From Gemmatimonadota bacterium (GTDB lineage Bacteria; Gemmatimonadota; Gemmatimonadetes; Gemmatimonadales; GWC2-71-9): a DNA stretch of 64,000 nucleotides. The stretch covers positions 8,491-72,490 of the forward strand of contig JANMHX010000155.1 in the NCBI GenBank assembly GCA_031375485.1, read 5' to 3'. Shown here piece by piece: positions 37,212 to 46,646 of this stretch (its first letter is position 1; every line of letters starts with the position of its first letter). A program made the position numbers and the translations under genes. The notes beneath the pieces were generated by a model, which saw only the letters and a list, made by a program, of their open reading frames with translations, searched no databases and was not told the origin of the DNA.

Positions 37212-38093
37212 ATGCGAATCCGCTCCGAAGTCTCTCTGCTCCTGCTCTTCGTGGCCGCCTGCGGTATGGCGGCCCGTCCCACCGCTCCCGCCGAAGAATC
37301 AATCGTCATGGGCAAGGTGGTGGCCGCCTCCGACATGATGGCCGTCCAGGCCTTGTCCGCGCCCGCCAGATCGATCGCGCCCGAGGCGAGGCGTCAGGGC
37401 GGTATCGTGCTCCCGTCAACGATGATCATCCGAACCGGCCAGGTGGCGATCGAGGTGGACTCGCTCGACCGGGCCATTCGTCTCGTGGGTGAGGCGGCCA
37501 CGGCCGCGGGCGGTTTCCTGGCCAATACCTCGATCCAAACCGGGCAGAACGCCCCCCGAACGGCCACCCTCGAAGTGAAGATCCCGTCCGATCGGTACCA
37601 AGGCACCCTCGATCGGCTGAACACGGTCGGCAGAGTCACCTCGGCCACCACCACCGCGCAGGATGTCGGTGAGGAGTTCGTCGACGTCTCGGCCCGGGTG
37701 TCGAATGCCCGGAAGCTCGAGGACCGGCTCCTCAATCTGCTCGCCACCCGGACCGGAAAGCTCGACGATGTGCTCTCGGTTGAGCGGGAGCTGGCCCGGG
37801 TCCGGGAGGAGATCGAGCGCTATGAAGGCAGGATTCGGTACCTCAAGGCCCAGGTGTCGATGAGCACCATTGCCATCACGGTGTTCGAGCCGGTTCCGCT
37901 GGTCGGCGATCCGGGCGAGAACGTGCTGGTTCAGGCGTTGCAACAGAGTTGGCGGAACTTCGTGGCGGTGATTGCCGGGGGGATCGCGATGGCCGGCGGC
38001 CTGATTCCGGTGGTCGTGCTCGCGGGACTTGGACTCTTGGTGATTCGGGCCGGTTGGCGGCGGTTTCGGCCGGTTCCGGGCACCGTCAGCTGA
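37212..38093 (+). CDS. DUF4349-domain lipoprotein
   Basis: Lipobox VAAC, IIRTGQVAIEV, QDVGEEFVD..LERELARVREEIE coiled coil and a C-terminal TM helix. Confidence 0.8.
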   Translation: MRIRSEVSLLLLFVAACGMAARPTAPAEESIVMGKVVAASDMMAVQALSAPARSIAPEARRQGGIVLPSTMIIRTGQVAIEVDSLDRAIRLVGEAATAAGGFLANTSIQTGQNAPRTATLEVKIPSDRYQGTLDRLNTVGRVTSATTTAQDVGEEFVDVSARVSNARKLEDRLLNLLATRTGKLDDVLSVERELARVREEIERYEGRIRYLKAQVSMSTIAITVFEPVPLVGDPGENVLVQALQQSWRNFVAVIAGGIAMAGGLIPVVVLAGLGLLVIRAGWRRFRPVPGTVS

Positions 38094-38511
38094 TCGTAGG
38101 CGGAACCACGAACCCCCGCTCGATCGGCGTGGCGAGATCGGGCGGGGCGGGGGGCCGAAAACAGAGATCGATCGCGAGGTAGCAGGTCTTGGTGAAGGGG
38201 AAAATCAGAACCGGAGTGAGCGCGACCGTGGCGAGCCCGCCCGCCAGCAGAGCGTTCCACGGCACGTCGGGCCAGGTGGCCACCATCGCCGAGGCGAAGA
38301 AGGCGCAGAAGGCGGCTTCGGTGGCAAACAGATTGATGGTGTAGCTGCCCAGCCAGTAGCCGGGCTCATGCCGATCCAGGCGAAAGCCGCACACTGGACA
38401 CGATGGGCAGACCGTAAACCAGCTCAAGAAAATTGGGTGACCGCCGCAGACCGGACACCGAAGCCGGAGCGCCCGGGAGAACAACGTCCGGGGGGGCGGA
38501 AACGGGGTCAT
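38086..38511 (-). CDS. DUF983-family membrane protein (zinc-ribbon like)
   Basis: Start moved to MTPFPPP. RCPVCG..CPSCPVCG plus two TM helices. Confidence 0.75.
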   Translation of the reverse strand: MTPFPPPRTLFSRALRLRCPVCGGHPIFLSWFTVCPSCPVCGFRLDRHEPGYWLGSYTINLFATEAAFCAFFASAMVATWPDVPWNALLAGGLATVALTPVLIFPFTKTCYLAIDLCFRPPAPPDLATPIERGFVVPPTIS

Positions 38512-38513
38512 CG

Positions 38514-38882
38514 CTAGATCGGGAGCTCGTCGCGTACCAGGACCAGAATGGCGGCTTGCGGCACCACCAGGTACTTCTTGTCTTCGAAGCTGATCTCGAC
38601 CGCGGCTTTGCGGAAGAAGATCGCCTGGTCGCCGACTTTGGCCTGCATCGGGCGGAACCGGGGGGTCTTTTCCAGGGCGCGCCACGGCTCGTCATCGAAG
38701 GTCGAGAGGTCGGGCACCGGGTCGCCCTGGCCGGTGGCGACGATCAGCCCGCTCTGGACCGGCTGGGTGTCGATGGCGGTGGCCGGCAGGTAGAGGCCGA
38801 CCCGAGTTCGTTCTTCCCCGTCGTCGGGGGTAATGAGGACCCGATCGCCCACGACCAAGATTTTTTTCGGGGGAAACTCCAT
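38514..38882 (-). CDS. GroES/Cpn10-like protein (orphan paralog)
   Basis: VGDRVLI, TRVGLYLP, GLIVATGQG and KVGD..KKYLVV. Confidence 0.82.
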   Translation of the reverse strand: MEFPPKKILVVGDRVLITPDDGEERTRVGLYLPATAIDTQPVQSGLIVATGQGDPVPDLSTFDDEPWRALEKTPRFRPMQAKVGDQAIFFRKAAVEISFEDKKYLVVPQAAILVLVRDELPI

Positions 38883-38884
38883 AC

Positions 38885-39355
38885 CTACTCCGTCTGGTGG
38901 ACGGTTACCAATTCGATCAATCGGAGCCGACGGGACATGGTTGGCAGACGGAGGGACACTTCCTCCCCGACCTTCCGGTCCATCAGCGCCCGGCCGAGTG
39001 GTGACATCAGGGAGATGTGGCCGGCATCGATGTCCATCATCTCGGCCAAGACGAGGTGAAAGGTCTCGGTTTCGGCGGTCTCGAGGTCGGTTACCGTGAC
39101 TTTCGAGCCCAGGCCAACCCGGTCGGTCGGGGCTTCGGTGTTGGCGAGTTGGGCGAGTTGGGACAGGCGAAGGTGCAGTTGGCCGAGCCGGGCTTGGACC
39201 AGTTGTTGACGCTCGAGGGCGGCCTTGTATTCCGAGTTTTCACGGAGGTCGCCCATGGCGACGGCGGTGGCGATGGCTTGGGGTAGGGTCACCGTGAGCT
39301 CGTGGCTTAATGCCTCGATCTCCTTGCCCAGTTTTTCCCGCATTTCCTGGATCAT
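38885..39355 (-). CDS. greA: Transcription elongation factor GreA/GreB
   Basis: Start moved to MIQEMREK. GDLRENSEY and ISLMSPLGRAL. Confidence 0.9.
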   Translation of the reverse strand: MIQEMREKLGKEIEALSHELTVTLPQAIATAVAMGDLRENSEYKAALERQQLVQARLGQLHLRLSQLAQLANTEAPTDRVGLGSKVTVTDLETAETETFHLVLAEMMDIDAGHISLMSPLGRALMDRKVGEEVSLRLPTMSRRLRLIELVTVHQTE

Positions 39356-39371
39356 GTCGGCTGCCGGGCCC

Positions 39372-39457
39372 AAAAGAAGTCCGCCCGGCGGGGGTAACCA
39401 GCCGGGCGCCAAGTATCAACCAGGCATAAAGATAGCAACTTCGAGACGGGAGCGAAA
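39372..39457 (-). promoter_or_regulatory. greA promoter and leader hairpin with U-rich tail
   Basis: Minus strand TTTCGC-N17-(TGc)TATCTT, then cgcccggc-N11-gccgggcg followed by gacttctttt. Confidence 0.5.
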
Positions 39458-39520
39458 CCGGGGAAAGGAGGGCCGTTCGGCCCCGGTTGGCGCCGATTTC
39501 ATGGACCGGGCTTCCTTTTC

Positions 39521-39549
39521 TTGACGCAACTTGTTGGGTAGACTAATCT
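39521..39549 (+). promoter_or_regulatory. Sigma70 promoter of the cox operon
   Basis: TTGACG-N17-TAATCT. Confidence 0.7.
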
Positions 39550-39612
39550 TCCGTGCGCCTCATTAGGTCGATGCAGGCTCAGCTCTGTCCCCACAATTTG
39601 GACGCAAACCGC

Positions 39613-40710
39613 ATGGATAGTCGCCCCGTACGCGCCTGGCGCGCGTGGCTGGCTCGGGCCCTCGGGCTCGGACTTTTGGTGTTGGTAGCGGCCTGCGCGA
39701 AGGACTACCCGCAGACGACTCTCGCCCCGAAATCCGACATCACTCGGATGATCGACAGCGTGTTCCGGACCACGTTTTGGTGGGCGGCCGCGGTGTTCGT
39801 CTTGGTGGAGGGCGCGTTGGTGTATGTCCTGTGGCGGTTCCGGGCCAAACCCAACGACCCGGAGCCGGAGCAAAGCCACGGCAATACCACGCTCGAGATC
39901 GTCTGGACCGCGATTCCCGCCATCATCTTGGTGTTCATCGCGATTCCCACGGTTCGCACCATCTTCAAGACGTCATTGCCGGCGCCGAACCCGGAGGTCG
40001 AGGTCGAAGTCATCGGCCACCAATGGTGGTGGGAATACCGCTATCCGAAACTCGGGATCGTGACCGCCAATGAACTGGTGGTGCCCCAGGGCAAGATGGT
40101 GGGGCTTCGGATGTGGAGTGCGGATGTACTCCATAGCTTCTGGTCGCCGCAGTTGGCCTCGAAGCGCGATGTCTTCCCGATCTTCTCCAAGACCAAATTC
40201 AAGAAAGTCAATCCGCTCTGGTTTACGGCCGATACGGTCGGCGACTATACGGGACAGTGCGCCGAACTCTGCGGCATTCAGCATGGCCGGATGGGGCTTC
40301 GGGTCATCGTCAAGAGCCAAGCGGATTTCGATCAATGGGTTGCCGCCAGCCGCGTCGGTTCGCCGTTGGTGAACGGAGCCAAGGTTGATCCCGGGCTCGA
40401 TAGCGCCTGGAAAACCGACACCATTCATACCAAGGGGCAGGCCGCGTTCATTGCCGGGGGCTGCATCAGTTGCCATGCGATGGTCGGGACGCCGCTGGCC
40501 GGCGCGTTGAAGCTCCGGGGCCCGAACCTGAGCCACCTCGGCGCCCGCACCACGATCGGCGCCAACATGTACGAGAACACCCCGACCAACTTGGCGCAGT
40601 GGCTTCGGGATCCCCAAGGCATGAAAAAGGGAAGTCACATGATACTCCCGCGCCCGTTGACTGAACCGGAGATTACGGCCTTGGTGGCCTATCTCCGCAT
40701 GCACAAGTAA
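39613..40710 (+). CDS. coxB: Cytochrome c oxidase subunit II with fused cytochrome c (caa3 type)
   Basis: Lipobox VAAC, GHQWWWEY, DVLHSF, CuA motif CAELCGIQHGRM and heme c motif CISCH. Exact start uncertain. Confidence 0.95.
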   Translation: MDSRPVRAWRAWLARALGLGLLVLVAACAKDYPQTTLAPKSDITRMIDSVFRTTFWWAAAVFVLVEGALVYVLWRFRAKPNDPEPEQSHGNTTLEIVWTAIPAIILVFIAIPTVRTIFKTSLPAPNPEVEVEVIGHQWWWEYRYPKLGIVTANELVVPQGKMVGLRMWSADVLHSFWSPQLASKRDVFPIFSKTKFKKVNPLWFTADTVGDYTGQCAELCGIQHGRMGLRVIVKSQADFDQWVAASRVGSPLVNGAKVDPGLDSAWKTDTIHTKGQAAFIAGGCISCHAMVGTPLAGALKLRGPNLSHLGARTTIGANMYENTPTNLAQWLRDPQGMKKGSHMILPRPLTEPEITALVAYLRMHK

Positions 40711-40727
40711 GGCGAGGCACGACGACC

Positions 40728-42599
40728 ATGGCTACCTCGGTACTCGAGCACCGCGCGCCCGCGATGGCGCACCACTATCCCAAGACCGGGTTGTGGAGTT
40801 GGATCACGACGGTCGACCACAAGCGGATCGGCATCCTGTACGGCGCCACCGCGTTCATCTTCTTTCTGCTCGGCGGGATCGAAGCGCTCATCATCCGGCT
40901 GCAATTGATGGGGCCGAACGGCACGCTGGTCGATCCCGATACGTACAACGCGCTCTTCACCATGCACGGCACCACCATGATCTTCCTGGGTGTGATGCCG
41001 TTGAGCGCCGCGTTCTTCAATTTCTTCATCCCGATCCAGATCGGGGCCCGGGACGTGGCGTTCCCGCGGCTGAACGCCTTCAGCTATTGGGTGTTCCTGT
41101 TGGGCGGCATCTTCATCAACGTCAGCTTCCTCGTGGGCGCGCCGCCCGATGGTGGGTGGTTCGGCTACGCCAACCTGACCAGCAGCCGGGTCATGGAGGC
41201 CACGGCCGCCGCGCCGTCGCCGGGGATGAACATCGACTTCTGGGTCATCGGGCTTCAGATCTTGGGGATCGCGTCGATTGCCGCGGCCCTCAATTTCTTC
41301 GTCACGATCGTCAATATGCGGGCCCCGGGCATGAAGATGCTCCGGATGCCGATGTTCGTCTGGATGAGTTTCGTCGTCCAGGTGCTGCTGCTGCTCGCGT
41401 TCCCGGTCATCACGGTGGCGCTGGTGTACCTGATGATGGACCGGAACTTCGGGTCGAGCTTCTTCATGCCCGACGGTGGCGGCGATCCGATCATGTGGCA
41501 GCACTTGTTCTGGATCTTCGGCCACCCGGAAGTGTACATCCTGATCTTGCCGGCATTCGGGATCGCCTCGGAAGTGCTGCCGGTCTTCTCCCGGAAGCCG
41601 CTGTTCGGGTACACCGCCATGGTGTTCTCGGGCATTTTCATCGGCTTCGTCGGATTCGGGGTGTGGAGTCACCACATGTTCGCGACCGGCATGGGGCCGT
41701 TTGCCGACACCTTCTTCTCGCTCGCGACGATGGTGATCGCGATCCCGACGGGGGTCAAGATCTTCAACTGGATCGGGACGATGTGGGGTGGGTCGCTCCG
41801 GTACACTTCGGCGATGATGTTTTCGATCGCCATGGTGGCGCTGTTCATCATCGGCGGGTTGTCGGGCGTGATGCACTCCTCGCCGCCGGCCGACCTCCAG
41901 CAGACCGACACCTATTTCATCGTGGCCCACTTCCACTACGTCTTGTTCGGCGGATCGATCTTCGGGCTCACCTCGGGCGCCTACTATTGGTGGCCGAAGA
42001 TGTTCGGCCGCTTGCTCGATGAAGGACTGGGCAAGGTCCACTTCTGGTTGATGTTCATCGGCATGAACGTCACGTTCTTCCCGATGCATTTCCTCGGCCT
42101 CAACGGCATGCCGCGCCGGGTGTACACCTATCCCGAGGGCCTCAATTTCGAATTCTGGAACCAGATCGAGACGGTCGGCGCGTTCCTGATCGCGGCCGCC
42201 TTCCTGGTGTTCATCGTCAATATCATCAAGACCTGGATGGGGCCGGCCGACGCCCCGGCCGATCCGTGGCACGGCGCCACCCTCGAGTGGTCGATTCCGT
42301 CGCCGCCGCAGGAATTCAACTTCCCGAAGCTTCCGGTGGTCGGGAGTTCGATGCCGCAGTGGGATGCCCGCCGGGCGGCGGGAGGGCATTTGCCGGAGCC
42401 GGCCTTGGTCAGCGGGGCCGATATCCCGATGCCGAACCCGTCCTACTGGCCGCTGATCACTGCGATCGGGGTCAATCTGGTGCTGGGTAGTCTGTTGTTC
42501 GTCCGCCTGTGGCCGCATTGGTGGATGGCCACGATCGCGAGCGCGCTGGTGCTGTTTGTCGGCGCGTTCAAGTGGGCTTTCGAGCCGACCGGTCACTAA
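40728..42599 (+). CDS. ctaD: Cytochrome c oxidase subunit I (A1 type)
   Basis: VDHKRIG, MHGTTM, GHPEVY, WSHH and HFHYV. Confidence 0.97.
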   Translation: MATSVLEHRAPAMAHHYPKTGLWSWITTVDHKRIGILYGATAFIFFLLGGIEALIIRLQLMGPNGTLVDPDTYNALFTMHGTTMIFLGVMPLSAAFFNFFIPIQIGARDVAFPRLNAFSYWVFLLGGIFINVSFLVGAPPDGGWFGYANLTSSRVMEATAAAPSPGMNIDFWVIGLQILGIASIAAALNFFVTIVNMRAPGMKMLRMPMFVWMSFVVQVLLLLAFPVITVALVYLMMDRNFGSSFFMPDGGGDPIMWQHLFWIFGHPEVYILILPAFGIASEVLPVFSRKPLFGYTAMVFSGIFIGFVGFGVWSHHMFATGMGPFADTFFSLATMVIAIPTGVKIFNWIGTMWGGSLRYTSAMMFSIAMVALFIIGGLSGVMHSSPPADLQQTDTYFIVAHFHYVLFGGSIFGLTSGAYYWWPKMFGRLLDEGLGKVHFWLMFIGMNVTFFPMHFLGLNGMPRRVYTYPEGLNFEFWNQIETVGAFLIAAAFLVFIVNIIKTWMGPADAPADPWHGATLEWSIPSPPQEFNFPKLPVVGSSMPQWDARRAAGGHLPEPALVSGADIPMPNPSYWPLITAIGVNLVLGSLLFVRLWPHWWMATIASALVLFVGAFKWAFEPTGH

Positions 42600-42623
42600 C
42601 CAGGAATTCGGAGACTAGATACC

Positions 42624-43280
42624 GTGGCTCACGCTGCTACTGCCCCCGCCCCTGGCGAAATCGACGAGCACCACTGGACCGCAACCGGCCTCAACAACCG
42701 GAAGGTGGCGATTTGGGCCTTCATCGGCTCCGAATGCCTGTTCTTCGCCTCCCTGATCTCGACCTATCTCGTGTATCGCGGCAAGAGCCTGGTCGGGCCG
42801 CTGCCCCATGAGGAATCGCAGTGCATGCTGCACGGGAAGATGCAGGCCTGCGAACAGATCTTCTCGATCCCGTTGGTGACCTTCGGTACCGCGGTGCTCT
42901 TGTTCAGTTCCTTCTTCGTCGTGCTGGCGCTGAACGGTGCCCAGCGGGGCGACCGGAAAGCGCTGCTGACCTGGCTGACGGCCACGGTAATCTGCGGCTT
43001 GTTCTTCATCGGGATGCAAGTCTACGAGTTCAATCATTTCTACCACAAGGGACTCGGGTACAGTACCAATCTGTTCGGCTCGACCTTCTACACGCTGACC
43101 GGATTTCACGGCGCCCACGTGACCCTTGGCGTCATTTGGCTCACGACCATGTTGATCCTGGCGGTTCGCGGTAAGGTGCCGCCCGAGAAGTCGCTCAATC
43201 TGGAGATGGCTGCGCTCTACTGGCACTTCGTCGACGTGGTCTGGATCGTGATCTTCCCCGTCGTCTACCTGATGCGCTAA
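42624..43280 (+). CDS. ctaE: Cytochrome c oxidase subunit III
   Basis: FIGSE, LTGFHGAHV and YWHFVDVVW. Confidence 0.93.
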   Translation: MAHAATAPAPGEIDEHHWTATGLNNRKVAIWAFIGSECLFFASLISTYLVYRGKSLVGPLPHEESQCMLHGKMQACEQIFSIPLVTFGTAVLLFSSFFVVLALNGAQRGDRKALLTWLTATVICGLFFIGMQVYEFNHFYHKGLGYSTNLFGSTFYTLTGFHGAHVTLGVIWLTTMLILAVRGKVPPEKSLNLEMAALYWHFVDVVWIVIFPVVYLMR

Positions 43281-43295
43281 CCGGGATACCATCGA

Positions 43296-43649
43296 ATGCA
43301 CGCTCATGCAACAGAGGGACACGCTGCCGGGGATCACTCTCATCCGACCCCGGCGTTGTACCTCAAGGTGGCGGTGGTGCTCTTTGCCCTCACCGCGCTC
43401 GAGGTTCTGGCGTACGAAGTCGGCCACCGGCCAACCTGGCCCTTGCATGGGGTGGTCCAACCGCTGGTCGTGCCGATCCTGCTGGTGCTGTCGGCGGCCA
43501 AGTTCGCGCTGGTGGCCATGTTCTACATGCACTTGAAGCAGGACTCGAAGTTGTTCACCAACCTCTTCGTCTGGCCGATCCTCTTGGCGGCGGCGGTTAT
43601 CATGGGGTTGATCGTGCTCAAGATCCTTTGGCTCAAGGCGTCCTTCTAG
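43296..43649 (+). CDS. Cytochrome c oxidase subunit IV family protein
   Basis: KFALVAMFYMHLK, three TM helices, last gene of the operon. Confidence 0.88.
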   Translation: MHAHATEGHAAGDHSHPTPALYLKVAVVLFALTALEVLAYEVGHRPTWPLHGVVQPLVVPILLVLSAAKFALVAMFYMHLKQDSKLFTNLFVWPILLAAAVIMGLIVLKILWLKASF

Positions 43650-43663
43650 TCCACCTGACCGTG

Positions 43664-43686
43664 GGGGCGGGTGCAAGGCCCGCCCC
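43664..43686 (+). terminator. Hairpin after the cox operon
   Basis: ggggcggg-tgcaagg-cccgcccc with a weak U tail. Confidence 0.4.
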
Positions 43687-43759
43687 GTTGTCCCGCCCCA
43701 TTGTCGTTGATCCGTGCCTTGCCCTGCCCCCGACCGAACCCGAGAAGCCCGGAGCCCCT

Positions 43760-45169
43760 ATGCCGACCCGGAGTCCCTTCGTGCTGATCCTGATCCTGGC
43801 CCTGGTGGCCTCGCGATCCGGATCAGCCCAAGCGCCCAAGCCACTGGGTCGCTTCGAACAAACCGCTCGTGACCTGTTGCGGGAGTTGGTCGAGATCAAT
43901 ACCTCGGAGAGTGTCGGGAGTACCGCCAAGGCGGCCCACGCGATGGCCGCCCGGCTCAAGGCTGCCGGCTTTCCGGATTCGGATGTCGTGGTCGTGGAGC
44001 ATGTGACCCGGAAGGGCAATCTCGTGGCGCGGCTCCGGGGCCGGCCCACCGGGAAGAAGCCGATTCTGCTCCTCTCCCATATCGATGTCGTCGAGGCGAA
44101 GCCGGAAGACTGGACCCTCCCGCCGTACGCCTTCACCGAGAAGGATGGCATCTTTTACGGGCGGGGCGTGGCGGACAACAAGGACGAAGCCGCCATCCAT
44201 CTCGCCCTGATCATGCGGATGAAGGCGGAGGGCTTCGTGCCCGACCGGGACATCATCGTGGCCCTCACGGCGGATGAGGAAGGCGGCCCCGCCAACGGCG
44301 TCGAGTGGCTGCTCCAGAACCGGCGGGCGCTGATCGATGCCGAGTTCGCCTTCAATGAGGGCGGCGGGGGCCGGGTTCGCGACGGCGTCAAGCTTTCCAA
44401 CGATGTTCAGGCCAGCGAAAAGAAGGTCGCGAGCTTCGTGCTCGAAAGCACCAACCCGGGCGGTCACAGTTCCGTTCCGGTCAAGGACAACGCCATCACC
44501 CACTTGGCCGACGCCCTTGTCAAACTCGGCGCCTTCGACTTCCCGGTCCGCCTCAACGAGATCACCAAAGCCTACTTTGCCCGGTCCGCGGCCGTGACCC
44601 AGGGCCGGGTGTCGGCCGCCATGACGGCGATCGCCACCAATCCAGCCGATGCGGAGGCGGCCCGCGTCTTGTCCGAGGATCCGCGGTACAACTCCCAGCT
44701 TAGAACCACGTGTGTCGCGACGATGCTCGAGGGCGGCCATGCGCGGAATGCGCTGCCGCAGCGGGCCCGGGCCCATGTCAATTGCCGGGTACTGCCTGAC
44801 GAGTCTCCGGAGGACGTCCAGCGAACCCTCGAACGAGTCGTCGCCAACCCCAAGGTGACCGTGACCCAGCAGGGCACCGCCCGCAACACGCCTCCGTCCC
44901 CGCTGACCGCGGACCTCATGGGACAGATCGAGCGGGTGTCGGGCCAACTCTGGCCCGGCGTGCCGATCATTCCGACGATGAGCACTGGGGCGACCGACGG
45001 CGTGTACCTCCGGAACGCCGGGATCCCGACCTACGGGGTGTCCGGCCTGTTCTACACCGATCCCAATGCCCACGGGATGAACGAAAAGATCTCGGCCGAA
45101 GCGTTCTACCAAGGCCTCGAGTTCATGTTCCGGTTGGTGAAGAGCATTACCGCGCCCGGCGTCAGCTGA
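43760..45169 (+). CDS. Secreted M20/M25/M40 metallopeptidase (ArgE/DapE-like)
   Basis: Start moved to MPTRSPFVL (GGAG RBS). SHIDVV, YGRGVADNK, ADEE, GATDG and AHGMNE. Confidence 0.9.
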   Translation: MPTRSPFVLILILALVASRSGSAQAPKPLGRFEQTARDLLRELVEINTSESVGSTAKAAHAMAARLKAAGFPDSDVVVVEHVTRKGNLVARLRGRPTGKKPILLLSHIDVVEAKPEDWTLPPYAFTEKDGIFYGRGVADNKDEAAIHLALIMRMKAEGFVPDRDIIVALTADEEGGPANGVEWLLQNRRALIDAEFAFNEGGGGRVRDGVKLSNDVQASEKKVASFVLESTNPGGHSSVPVKDNAITHLADALVKLGAFDFPVRLNEITKAYFARSAAVTQGRVSAAMTAIATNPADAEAARVLSEDPRYNSQLRTTCVATMLEGGHARNALPQRARAHVNCRVLPDESPEDVQRTLERVVANPKVTVTQQGTARNTPPSPLTADLMGQIERVSGQLWPGVPIIPTMSTGATDGVYLRNAGIPTYGVSGLFYTDPNAHGMNEKISAEAFYQGLEFMFRLVKSITAPGVS

Positions 45170-45225
45170 GCGGATGGTGACGTGATCGTGACGACCGCCT
45201 GCCAAGATTCGCCCGGGAGGTTTCC

Positions 45226-46209
45226 ATGGGAGTCCTTGGGTTGGTGGCATTCGTGATCAGTCAGTCCGGGCCGCCCTTGATCATTGGGCACCGGGGGGCC
45301 AGCGGCTACCGGCCCGAGCATACCCTCGAGTCGTACCGGCTGGCGATTGCCCAGGGCGCCGACGTCATCGAACCGGACTTGGTCATGACCCGGGACCGGA
45401 TCCTGGTGGCCCGCCACGAAAATGAGATCGGCGCCACCACCGACGCCGCCCGGAAGTTCCCGGATCGCCACCGCACCAAAGTGATCGATGGCCAGACGAC
45501 GACCGGATGGTTCGTCGAGGACTTCACCCTGGCGGAAATCAAAACGCTCCGGGCCCGGGAGCGCCTGGCGTTTCGGTCGCACCGGTTCGACGGCCAGTTC
45601 GACGTGCCGACGTTCGAGGAAATTCTTGGGTTGGTCCGCCAGGAAGAGCGGCGGCTAGGCCGGCGGATCGGCGTCTATCCCGAAACCAAGCATCCGACCT
45701 ATCATGAGTCACTCGGTCTTCCGATCACCGACTCGTTGCTCGCGGTGTTGGCGCGGCACGGATACCGGGGTCCATCCGACCCGGTATTCGTCCAGTCGTT
45801 CGAGTCGGGCAATCTCCGCGCCGCCCGGGCGCACACCGCACTCCGGCTGGTTCTCCTGATCGAGGGGGCCGGACCGCTGACGACGCCGGCCGGCCTCCGG
45901 GAGATCGCGACGTTTGCCGATGGGATTGGTCCTTCGAAGGATTTGATCCAGCCGATCGGCCCCGATGGACATCTCCTCCCGCCGACGTCGCTGGTGGCCG
46001 ACGCCCACGCGGCGGGGCTCTTCGTCCATGTCTGGACGCTCCGGGCCGATTCGTCCTTCCTGCCGAAAGGCTATGACGGGGATCCCGAAGCGGAAGTCCG
46101 GCGAATGGTGGAACTCGGGGTGGACGGCTTCTTCACCGACTTTCCCGATATCGCCAGACGGGCCCTCTCAGCCCGGGCCGGTGGCGGTCCCCGGCCACTG
46201 CCCGAGTAG
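45226..46209 (+). CDS. glpQ: Glycerophosphodiester phosphodiesterase
   Basis: GGAGG RBS; GHRGASGYRPEHT, EPDLV, ETKHP and GFFTDFPD. Confidence 0.92.
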   Translation: MGVLGLVAFVISQSGPPLIIGHRGASGYRPEHTLESYRLAIAQGADVIEPDLVMTRDRILVARHENEIGATTDAARKFPDRHRTKVIDGQTTTGWFVEDFTLAEIKTLRARERLAFRSHRFDGQFDVPTFEEILGLVRQEERRLGRRIGVYPETKHPTYHESLGLPITDSLLAVLARHGYRGPSDPVFVQSFESGNLRAARAHTALRLVLLIEGAGPLTTPAGLREIATFADGIGPSKDLIQPIGPDGHLLPPTSLVADAHAAGLFVHVWTLRADSSFLPKGYDGDPEAEVRRMVELGVDGFFTDFPDIARRALSARAGGGPRPLPE

Positions 46210-46644
46210 ATACCGGAGCTGGATGATCTGGCCGCAGTGATAGCTGTTGTGGGTGACCAGGTGCCAGAGCACCGACTCAACGGTGCTCCCCGCTTTGGGG
46301 CTGACGATCCGGCTCAGGGTCGAAGCCTGGGCGTCGGCGAGGGTTGTCATCTGATCGAGGTTGGTTCGGAGCAGGGCCAGCTCATGGCGCCACGCCACTT
46401 CATCGGTGGGGCCGTCGGCCTTCGGCCAACTGTCCTCATCGTTAGTCGGCGGTTTCGGCCGGGCCCCTTCGATCGCCTTGAGACCGAAATCGAGCCAAAA
46501 ATTGAGATGGCCGACCTGCTGCCAAATAGTCCGGGGCAGGTGGAGGATTCGGCGCCCCGCCAACTCCCAGGCAAGGTCTTCGACCGCCGCCATCGGGTCG
46601 ACGTGCGACCCGGTTCCGTGGACCAAATCCTTGAGCGCGTTCAT
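46168..46644 (-). CDS. DinB-family protein
   Basis: TIWQQVGHL and HNSYHCGQI His triad. Confidence 0.82.
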   Translation of the reverse strand: MNALKDLVHGTGSHVDPMAAVEDLAWELAGRRILHLPRTIWQQVGHLNFWLDFGLKAIEGARPKPPTNDEDSWPKADGPTDEVAWRHELALLRTNLDQMTTLADAQASTLSRIVSPKAGSTVESVLWHLVTHNSYHCGQIIQLRYLLGQWPGTATGPG

Positions 46645-46646
46645 GC

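Noticed and set aside
39527-39536. IHF-like CAA-N4-TTR sites in several intergenic regions (about 5117, 18421, 39527, 60014)
   Set aside because: Too short and degenerate to support without a statistical test.
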